A model generated the notes under the pieces. The model ran no database searches. It was not told the DNA's origin and saw only the letters and a program-made list of their open reading frames with translations. DNA of 37,490 bases, taken from the NCBI GenBank assembly GCA_026786145.1, contig JAJAYQ010000056.1, positions 1 through 37,490 on the forward strand, given 5' to 3'. Origin of the DNA: Spirochaetaceae bacterium. GTDB lineage: Bacteria > Actinomycetota > Actinomycetes > JACCUZ01. Both the position numbers and the translations under genes were made by a program. This document shows positions 30,782 to 37,490 of this stretch, in pieces (the stretch's first letter is position 1; each line of letters opens with the position of its first letter).

Positions 30782-30808
30782 AACGGTCGCCGCCCCGGTC
30801 GGCGTTCC
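30782..30808 (-). promoter_or_regulatory. candidate ECF (SigE/SigH/SigR-type) promoter for yccA-like gene
   Basis: GGAAC-N19-GTT on the minus strand; spacer one nt longer than the usual consensus. Confidence 0.4.
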
Positions 30809-30851
30809 CGCAAACGGGGGGAAGACCGAAGGACGCGACGGTGCACGCTCG

Positions 30852-30927
30852 TGCCCCCGGTGGGACTCGAACCCACAGATGACCCCGCTTTTAAGGCGAG
30901 CGCCTCGGCCAGTTGGGCTACAGGGGC
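30852..30927 (-). tRNA. tRNA-Leu(UAA)
   Basis: Acceptor GCCCCTG/CGGGGGC + discriminator A; anticodon stem CTCGC/GCGGG with loop CTTAAAA; T-arm GTGGG-TTCGAGT-CCCAC; CCA not encoded; TACCCT -10 at 30937-30942. Confidence 0.93.
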
Positions 30928-30946
30928 CCGGCGTCGAGGGTAGCGC

Positions 30947-31477
30947 TCAGAGGTAGACCCGCCGGGGGTGCAACGCGTGCGCCCCGGCCACCCGGTCCAG
31001 GAAGAGCAGCCCATCGAGGTGGTCGACCTCGTGCTGCACCGCGCGGGCCTCGAACGCGTCGGTCTCGATGGTCACCGCTGCCCCTGTCCCGGGCACCTGG
31101 CCGCTCACGACGAGACGGGTGGCCCGCTTCACGTCGCCGGTGAAGTCTGGCACCGAGAGGCAGCCCTCCCGACCCTTCTCCCACCGGCTGGCCGACACGA
31201 GGACGGGGTTCACCAGCACGAACCGTCCGTGGCAGGTGCGGGCGCGGGGATGGCCTGTCACGTCGAGGGAGAAGAGCCGTCCGGTCTCACCGACCTGGGT
31301 GGCCGCCAGCCCGACGCACCCCGGGGAGGCGAGCTGGGTCGCGAGCAGGTCAGCGGCCAGGGCCACCACGTCGGGGTCCAAGGGGTCGACAGTGACCGAG
31401 GGGACGGCCAGCCCGGGCGCGGGCGCTCGCAGCACCTCTCGGACCCGCCCGGCGGGCAGAGCCGGCAGCCAGCTCAT
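30947..31477 (-). CDS. def: peptide deformylase
   Basis: CVGLAATQVG motif 1, EGCLS motif 2, QHEVDHLDG motif 3. Confidence 0.92.
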   Translation of the reverse strand: MSWLPALPAGRVREVLRAPAPGLAVPSVTVDPLDPDVVALAADLLATQLASPGCVGLAATQVGETGRLFSLDVTGHPRARTCHGRFVLVNPVLVSASRWEKGREGCLSVPDFTGDVKRATRLVVSGQVPGTGAAVTIETDAFEARAVQHEVDHLDGLLFLDRVAGAHALHPRRVYL

Positions 31478-31486
31478 CAGCTGGGC

Positions 31487-32020
31487 TCAGAGGTCGTCGG
31501 TTGCGACCGCACGCAGCGAGACCTCCACGCCCAGGTCGCGAGCCACGTCGGCGAGCCCCTCGCGCAGCGCCCCGATGTCCGCGGCGACCGGGATGTCCAC
31601 CTCGGCCACCAGCACATACAGGTCGTCGGCCAGCCGGGTGGTCAGGTCGGTGACGTTGCCGCCCACTGCCGAGATCCGCGCGGTGACGGTGGACACGATG
31701 CCCGGCCGGTCGGCGCCGTGGACCGACAGCAGGTAGGACGGGCCGACCGGGGCCTGCACGGACTCGTGGGGCACTTCGCGCACAGAGATCGACAGGGTGT
31801 CGTCCGAGAGCGTGTCCAGCGCGCGCTGGGCCTCCTCGGCGGTCACCTCGGCACTGGCCACCAGCACCATGGCGAAATGACCCCGCAGGATCGTCATCGA
31901 GGAGTCCTCGAGGTTGGCTCCCAGCTCGGCGAGCAGGCCTGTCGCCTCGGCGATGATGCCGGGCCGGTCGTGCCCGACGACGGTGACGACGAGGAGTCGG
32001 CCGCCGCTCACGTGGCTCAT
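31487..32020 (-). CDS. tandem ACT-domain protein (GcvR-like)
   Basis: VTVVGHDRPGII..NLEDSSMT and LSVHGADRPGIV..GNVTDL; GAGAGGAG RBS before ATG 32020. Confidence 0.88.
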   Translation of the reverse strand: MSHVSGGRLLVVTVVGHDRPGIIAEATGLLAELGANLEDSSMTILRGHFAMVLVASAEVTAEEAQRALDTLSDDTLSISVREVPHESVQAPVGPSYLLSVHGADRPGIVSTVTARISAVGGNVTDLTTRLADDLYVLVAEVDIPVAADIGALREGLADVARDLGVEVSLRAVATDDL

Positions 32021-32030
32021 CTGGCTCCTC

Positions 32031-32234
32031 TCATCGCGGGCTGAACCATCCGTACCAGCCGTCGCATGTCGGCGGCAGCCCGCTGGCACCGCACCCGACC
32101 CGGGCGACCAGCGCGTCGAAAAGCGGAGCGCCCGCCGGTCCCGCCACCGTTTCGTCCCAGGCCCGCACCTGCAGGCGGGCGGGCTCACCGACGACCAGCG
32201 AGGGCACCCGGGACAGCCGCTCCGCGGTGTTCAC
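32031..32234 (-). pseudogene. N-terminal remnant of cyclopropane-fatty-acyl-phospholipid synthase-like methyltransferase
   Basis: MNTAERL..LVVGEPARLQVRAWDETVAGPAGAP resembles the actinobacterial Cfa N-terminus (..VRAWDGS.AGP..AP); GTG overlaps the ndh stop; ends after 67 aa. Confidence 0.55.
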
Positions 32235-33562
32235 CGGGTCGCCTCGCTGAACTCGTCGCGCGCGCGCTGGAGCGAGCCCAACGAGACGATCTCGCGGCGG
32301 AAGAACAGCGCGAGGGTCCAGTCGAGGATCACGCGGATCTTGCGGTTGAAGGTGGGGATGCGGCTCACGTGGTAGGTGCGGTGCATGAACCAGGCCGGGA
32401 AGCCGCGCAGCTTGATGCCGTAGACCTGGGCGACGCCCTTGTGCAGGCCCAGCGACGCGACCGAGCCCGCGTGCTTGTGGGCGTACGCGTTCGGGCTGCG
32501 ACCCTGCAGGACCAGGTTGATGTTGTCGGCGAGCACCTTCGCCTGGCGGACGGCGTGCTGGGCGCTGGGACTGGTCGTCACACCCGGCCCCGCCGTCAGG
32601 TCGGGGATGCTGGCGCAGTCGCCGGCCGACCAGGCCCCGTCCACACCCTCGACGCGCAGGTCCGTGCGGCACCGCAGACGTCCCTTGTCGTCCAGAGGCA
32701 GGTCGGTGCGCGCGAGCATCGGGTTGGCCTTCACGCCGGCGGTCCAGACCAGCGTCTCGGCGTCGAACTCTTCGCCGTCGGAGAGCACGATGTGCCCGCC
32801 CACGCAGGACTCGAGGCGGGTGCCCAGCCGGATGTCGATGCGGCGCTGGCGCAGCTGCTCGAGGGTGTAGCGGCCCAGGTCCTCCCCCACCTCGGGCAGG
32901 ATCCGGTCGCTTGCCTCGACCAGGACGAACCTGATGTCGCCCTTGGACATCTCGGGGTAATAGCGAGTGGCATAGGTCGCCATGTCCTCGAGCTCGGCCA
33001 GTGCCTCGATGCCGGCGTAACCGCCCCCGACGAACACAAACGTGAGCAGCGCCCGCCTGGCTGCGTGGTCGGTGACGGAGGTCGCGATGTCGAGCTTCTC
33101 GAGGATCTGGTTGCGCAGCGCGATCGCTTCCTCGACCTGCTTGAAGCCGATGCCCTGCTCGGCCAGACCCGGGATGGGCAGGGTGCGCGCCACCGAGCCG
33201 GGTGCCAGGACGATGACCTCGTAGGACAGGTCGTAGGCCTCACCGCGGGCCGGCTCGATGCGCGCCACCCGGCGGGCGTGGTCGACCGACTGGACGCGGC
33301 CGGTGAGGATCTCGCACTTGTCCAGCACCCGGCGCAACGGCACGACGACATGGCGCGGCTCGACGCTGCCGGCCGCGGCCTCGGGGAGGAACGGCTGGTA
33401 GGTCATGTACGACCTCGGGTCGACGACGATGATCTCGACGCGCCGCGACCGTAGCTCCGAACGAAGCCGCTTCTGCAGCCTCAGCGCGGTGTAGAGGCCG
33501 ACGTACCCGCCGCCGACCACCAGGATCCGCGTGCGCGCCGTCGCGCCGGCGGTGGTGGTCAT
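32231..33562 (-). CDS. NAD(P)/FAD-dependent oxidoreductase, type II NADH dehydrogenase-like
   Basis: ILVVGGGYVG, YQPFLPEAAAG, FVGGGYAGIE, WTAGV, AGD, AQHAVRQA; TATTCT -10 six nt before ATG. Confidence 0.9.
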   Translation of the reverse strand: MTTTAGATARTRILVVGGGYVGLYTALRLQKRLRSELRSRRVEIIVVDPRSYMTYQPFLPEAAAGSVEPRHVVVPLRRVLDKCEILTGRVQSVDHARRVARIEPARGEAYDLSYEVIVLAPGSVARTLPIPGLAEQGIGFKQVEEAIALRNQILEKLDIATSVTDHAARRALLTFVFVGGGYAGIEALAELEDMATYATRYYPEMSKGDIRFVLVEASDRILPEVGEDLGRYTLEQLRQRRIDIRLGTRLESCVGGHIVLSDGEEFDAETLVWTAGVKANPMLARTDLPLDDKGRLRCRTDLRVEGVDGAWSAGDCASIPDLTAGPGVTTSPSAQHAVRQAKVLADNINLVLQGRSPNAYAHKHAGSVASLGLHKGVAQVYGIKLRGFPAWFMHRTYHVSRIPTFNRKIRVILDWTLALFFRREIVSLGSLQRARDEFSEATR

Positions 33563-34314
33563 GTATGGAGAATAGGACCCAGCCCAGCGGTCGCGGCGGC
33601 TCTTCCCAGGACCCGGTCGAGCATCGGCTCGGTCAGGCGGCCGGTGAACGTGTTCTGCTGGCTCGGGTGGAACGAGGCGAGCACGAGCAGCCCGCCGACC
33701 TGGGCCTCGGCGCCGTGGGTGAAGCGCGGGCGCGGCCGGGGCACCGGCTCGCCCAGGCGCGCCAACGTGGCGAACAGCGCCTGCCACGCGAAGCCGCCGA
33801 GGGCGACGGCCACCCGCAGGTCGGGCAGGACATGCGCCACCTCGGCATCCATCCACGGGGCGCAGCGGTCGCGCTCCTCCACGGTCGGCTTGTTGTCGGG
33901 CGGGGCGCAGCGGACTGCCGCGAGCATCCGGGTGCCGATGAGCGCCTGGCCGTCACCGGCCCGCACGCTGGTCGGCAGGCGGGCCAGCCCGACGCGGTGC
34001 AGCGACGCGAAGAGCCAGTCGCCGCTGCGGTCACCGGTGAAGATGCGGCCGGTGCGGTTGCCGCCGTGCGCCGCCGGGGCGAGACCGACGACCAGGACCG
34101 ACGGGTGCTCGTCGCCCCACCCCGGGATCGGCCGGCCCCAGTAGGGCTCGTCGGCGAACGCCTTGCGCTTCTCGGTGGCCACCAGCTCCCGCCACGTCAC
34201 CAGCCTGGGGCAGGCCCGGCACACCGAGATCCTGGCGTCAAGGTCATCGAGTCCTGCGTGGGCACCGGCGAGGCGGCGTACGTCGTCGGCGTCGTGCGCG
34301 ACGGGCACGTCCAC
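33559..34314 (-). CDS. udgB: uracil-DNA glycosylase family 5 (Fe-S)
   Basis: CRACPRL, GLAPAAHGGNRTG, VRCAPPDNKP, HPSQQN motifs. Confidence 0.92.
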   Translation of the reverse strand: MDVPVAHDADDVRRLAGAHAGLDDLDARISVCRACPRLVTWRELVATEKRKAFADEPYWGRPIPGWGDEHPSVLVVGLAPAAHGGNRTGRIFTGDRSGDWLFASLHRVGLARLPTSVRAGDGQALIGTRMLAAVRCAPPDNKPTVEERDRCAPWMDAEVAHVLPDLRVAVALGGFAWQALFATLARLGEPVPRPRPRFTHGAEAQVGGLLVLASFHPSQQNTFTGRLTEPMLDRVLGRAAATAGLGPILHT

Positions 34315-34998
34315 CTACAGGCGGCTCTTGAGCAGGTCGATCGTGCGCCGCCATGCCTTCTCGCTGTGCTCCTTGTCGTGCACCTCGAGGCGCTGGTCGT
34401 TGAAGAAGGCGTGTCGGGAGCCCGGATAGTCGTAGACCTCGACGTCGCCGCCGGCCTCCTGGATGCCCTTGACCGCGGCCTGGACGCCCTCGGCCTGGGA
34501 GGTGCCGTCCTCCTCGGACGCGTGGATCATGGCCGACTTGTTGGCGTAGTTGCCCCACGACGGCGACATCTTCTCCCACGGGATCGCGGGGTAGAAGCCG
34601 ACGGCGACCTTGACCTCGTCGGCCAGGGCGCCGCTCCACAGGGCCAGCGACCCGCCCATGCAGAAGCCGACCGTGCCGACGCCGTTGCCGGTCGTCTCGG
34701 GGAGGGTGGCGAGGTACTGCGCCGCGCCCTGGATGTCCTTCGCGGCCCGGTCCATGGCCAGGCCCATCAGCAGCCGCTGCGCCTCGTCGGGCTCGTCGGT
34801 CTTGGCGCCGTGGAAGAAGTCGGGTGCCAGGGCGAGGAAACCCTCCGCGGCGAAGCGGTCGGCGACGTCCTTGACGTGCCCGACCAGCCCCCACCACTCC
34901 TGCACGACGATCACGCCGGGTCCGCTGCCGGACTCGGGCAGGGCGAGGTAGCCCTCGCTCGAGTCGCCGTTGCTGGCAAAACTGACCATCTCACCCAC
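34315..34998 (-). CDS. dienelactone hydrolase family protein
   Basis: QEWWGL, LAPDFFHG, GFCMGG nucleophile elbow, HAFFND; GAGGAGG RBS. Confidence 0.93.
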   Translation of the reverse strand: MGEMVSFASNGDSSEGYLALPESGSGPGVIVVQEWWGLVGHVKDVADRFAAEGFLALAPDFFHGAKTDEPDEAQRLLMGLAMDRAAKDIQGAAQYLATLPETTGNGVGTVGFCMGGSLALWSGALADEVKVAVGFYPAIPWEKMSPSWGNYANKSAMIHASEEDGTSQAEGVQAAVKGIQEAGGDVEVYDYPGSRHAFFNDQRLEVHDKEHSEKAWRRTIDLLKSRL

Positions 34999-35088
34999 GG
35001 GTGGGCCTCCTCGGAGTGCGGCAGGACGCGCAGGGTGCGTCGGTGCCCACCGACCCTTGCACGCGTGCCCGCCGCTACACCAGGGGGG

Positions 35089-35260
35089 TCACCGCTTCGT
35101 GCCCGTCGGGCTTGGCGTCGGTGTCGGGGTGGCCGTCGGACCTGGAGTCGGCACACCGGGCAACGGCTGCACGGACGGCAGCCCGGACGTGGGGTCGCCC
35201 ATCTCGAGCGGCAACGGGTCGCCGTCCTGGTCGTACAGCCGGATGTCGGACAGAGTGGTC
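35089..35260 (-). pseudogene. orphan C-terminal gene fragment with Pro/Thr-rich tail
   Basis: Hand translation: TLSDIRLYDQDGDPLPLEMGDPTSGLPSVQPLPGVPTPGPTATPTPTPSPTGTKR*; no plausible start or RBS for the fragment. Confidence 0.5.
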
Positions 35261-35307
35261 GCCTCAACCTGTCGCGCGCGTCGCGGCCGTCGCCTACGTT
35301 CTCCGCC

Positions 35308-36200
35308 GTGACCAGGATCCAGATCCGCGAGTTCGCCACCACCGACATCGACGACGCCGGGCGGCTGTCGCGGTCCTCGTGCAGGACGGCGCCACCGGCG
35401 CGGTCGCGGTCGGCGACGACGGGCTCACAGGTTTCCTGCTCGGCGGCTCCAAGGCCTCGGGTACGTGGGGCGAGAACATCTGGGTCGAGGGCGCCGGGCA
35501 GGCAGTCACCGACGCTGAGACGGTTCGCGACCTCTACGCCGCAGCCGCCACGCGCTGGGCCGCAGACGGGCGCGACGCCCACTACGTCCTGGTGCCGGCG
35601 TACGACACCGCGCTGGTCGACGCCTGGTTCCGGCTCGGCTTCGGACAGCAGCACGTCCACGCGGTCCGCGAGGTCCCCGAATCGAGCTCAAGCCCCGCTC
35701 CCGCGAAGGCCGACGGGGTGAGTGTCCGCACTGCTCGTCGCGAGGACATCCCGGTGCTCGCCGAGCTCGACCTGGTGCTGCCCCGGCACCAAGGCCTGTC
35801 GCCCGTCTTCTCCTCCGGCGGTATCCCGACCCTGCAGGAGGCGACGGAGGACTGGGAGGAGAGCTTCGATGACGAAGGCTTCGCCTACCTCGTCGCCGAG
35901 CACGAGGGCCGGGTGGTGGGGGCGGCCGTCGGCTGTGTGCTGGAGAAGTCGAGCTCGCACACCCCGCTCACCCGGCCGGACAAGGCCGGCTTCCTCGGCT
36001 TCGCGGCGGTCCTTCCCGGGGCCCGCGGGCTGGGGGCCGGCCGGGCGCTCGGCGAGGCGGTGCTCGACTGGACCCGCGACGAGGGCTTCACCAGCGCGGC
36101 CACCGACTGGCGCGCGACGAACCTGCTGTCCTCGCGCACTTGGCCACGGCTCGGCTTCCGCCCGACATTCCTCCGCCTGCACCGCCGGCTCGGCCACTGA
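35308..36200 (+). pseudogene. GNAT N-acetyltransferase (tandem GNAT) with frameshift near 35366
   Basis: TACGTT -10 plus GTG 35308 starts MTRIQIREFATTDIDDAGRL in one frame; the GNAT body (..AVLPGARGLGAGRAL, TDWRATNLLS..LGF) continues in another frame to 36200. Confidence 0.75.
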
Positions 36201-36225
36201 ACGCCGGGCGTCCCGGACCCGGCGT
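36201..36225 (+). terminator. GC-rich hairpin after GNAT stop
   Basis: ACGCCGGG (36201-36208) pairs with CCCGGCGT (36218-36225); no U-tract. Confidence 0.35.
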
Positions 36226-36242
36226 CCGGCTAGGGTCCGCGG

Positions 36243-37196
36243 GTGGTCGAGACAGCGCTGCCGGTCGCGGCCAACGACCCCGGCCGGGTCTACCGTCCGG
36301 GTCGGGGATACGCCTACCTGGTCGTGGCAGCGGTGTTGTTCGCTGTCAACGGGACGGTCTCCAAGGTCATCCTCGAGGCGGGGATGTCGGCCCCTCGACT
36401 GACCGAGCTGCGCTGCGCCGGAGCGGTGCTCGGCCTCGGCCTCGTCGTGCTGGTCGTCTCGCCCCGCCGGTTGCTCGTCTCGTGGAGCGAGGTGCCACTG
36501 CTGGCGGCGTACGGCGTGGCGGGCGTTGCCCTCACGCAGTTCTTCTACTTCATCGCGATCACCCGGATGCCGGTGAGCATCGCGCTGCTCTTCGAGTACA
36601 CCGCGCCGCTGATGGTCGCGCTGTGGGCGCGGTTCGTGATGCACCAGCCGGTGCGCAACCGCGTGTGGGGCGCCCTGGGTCTGGCCCTGGCCGGTCTCGC
36701 CCTGGTGGCGGACGTGTGGAGCGACAGCAGCCTCGACGGGCTGGGGGTCGCCGCCGCCCTGGTCGCGGCGGTGGCGCTGGCGACGTACTACCTCCTTGGT
36801 GAGCACAGCGCGAGCAAACGGGACCCGCTCTCCACGACGTTCTGGGCGTTCGTGTTCGCAACACTTTTCTGGTCGGTGGTGCAGCCGTGGTGGTCGTTCC
36901 CGTATTCCGCGGTGACGGGGAGTGCGTCGTTGCTCGGCAATCTCGACGACCTGTCGCTGCCGCTGTGGACGCTCATGTCCTGGATGGTGGTGCTGGGGAC
37001 GATCGTGCCCTTCGTGCTGGTGCTGTCCGGTCTCCATCACCTGCCGGCGACGCGGGTGGGCATGGTCGGGATGCTCGAGCCGGTGCTGGCCGGAGTCGTC
37101 GCCTGGCTGTGGCTGAGCGAGGCGCTCAGCGCGGTGCAGCTGGTCGGTGCTGGTGTCGTCCTCGCCGGCATCATGCTCGCGCAGACCTCGCGCTAG
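36243..37196 (+). CDS. EamA/DMT family transporter
   Basis: About 10 TM segments in two repeats; AITRMPVSIALLFEYTAP and GMLEPVLA motifs; TAGGGT -10 six nt before GTG. Confidence 0.92.
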   Translation: MVETALPVAANDPGRVYRPGRGYAYLVVAAVLFAVNGTVSKVILEAGMSAPRLTELRCAGAVLGLGLVVLVVSPRRLLVSWSEVPLLAAYGVAGVALTQFFYFIAITRMPVSIALLFEYTAPLMVALWARFVMHQPVRNRVWGALGLALAGLALVADVWSDSSLDGLGVAAALVAAVALATYYLLGEHSASKRDPLSTTFWAFVFATLFWSVVQPWWSFPYSAVTGSASLLGNLDDLSLPLWTLMSWMVVLGTIVPFVLVLSGLHHLPATRVGMVGMLEPVLAGVVAWLWLSEALSAVQLVGAGVVLAGIMLAQTSR

Positions 37197-37217
37197 CCCA
37201 TGACCCCATGCCGCAGC

Positions 37218-37490
37218 TCAGAACGACGGGATGTCGTCCTCCGGCGGCACGTCGTCCGGCGGGGCACGGTCGGGTGCGTCGAGCACCGGCTCCAGCCGGT
37301 CGACGTAGACATGACCCGTCGGGCTGGCCCACACGTAGGCACCGTCAGCTCGTTGCTCGCAGCGCCAGTCGGTCTCGTGCTTGCCGATGTGGTCGAACTC
37401 GCACAACGGCCCGAGGTTGCTCTCCGCCGTCGGCCCGTCCGGGAACGGGCGGGTGTGGTCGAGGTGGCATCGGCGCGCCGGCATCCGGCA
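37218..37490 (-). CDS. HNH endonuclease signature protein (DUF222/13E12-like), C-terminal part, cut by window edge
   Basis: C..PARRCHLDHTRPF..GPT..SNLGPLC...H..KH, then WASPTGHVY and DIPSF tail. Confidence 0.82.
   Translation of the reverse strand, partial: CRMPARRCHLDHTRPFPDGPTAESNLGPLCEFDHIGKHETDWRCEQRADGAYVWASPTGHVYVDRLEPVLDAPDRAPPDDVPPEDDIPSF

Noticed and set aside
30780-30860. tRNA 3' end as attachment site of an integrated element
   Set aside because: No integrase and no duplicated tRNA 3' fragment seen in the window
32021-32230. Riboswitch (glycine/ZTP) in front of the ACT-def genes
   Set aside because: No consensus elements seen; better explained as a cfa coding remnant

Overview
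High-GC actinobacterial DNA made mostly of housekeeping genes. The left part (1-~24.8 kb) holds an RpiR regulator and an alpha-glucan/trehalose cluster (mak, treS, glgE, glgP, glgX). A ~5 kb insert splits glgE from treS; it carries a 1176-aa orphan secreted-type protein and a decayed ISAzo13 transposase. Next come an ABC ATPase, enoyl-CoA hydratase, membrane protein, SAM methyltransferase, a MacS/MacR-like two-component system with a second atypical response regulator, a nucleoside hydrolase and a decayed lacI-ribokinase unit. At ~24.82-24.86 kb the ribokinase (+) is fused through a 12-bp tandem repeat to a small His/Asp/Gly-rich 'DGGA'-repeat gene (-), truncating both; this is a rearrangement or a chimeric assembly junction. 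The right part holds cbs, an SGNH lipase, thiolase, DUF4287, an F420 PPOX protein, YccA/BI-1, tRNA-Leu(UAA), def, an ACT protein, Ndh-like oxidoreductase, udgB, dienelactone hydrolase, a frameshifted GNAT, EamA and a partial HNH gene. There are several unannotated gene relics and many leaderless-type promoters. No CRISPR array, rRNA or prophage is visible. All family calls come from motif recognition and memory; no searches were run.
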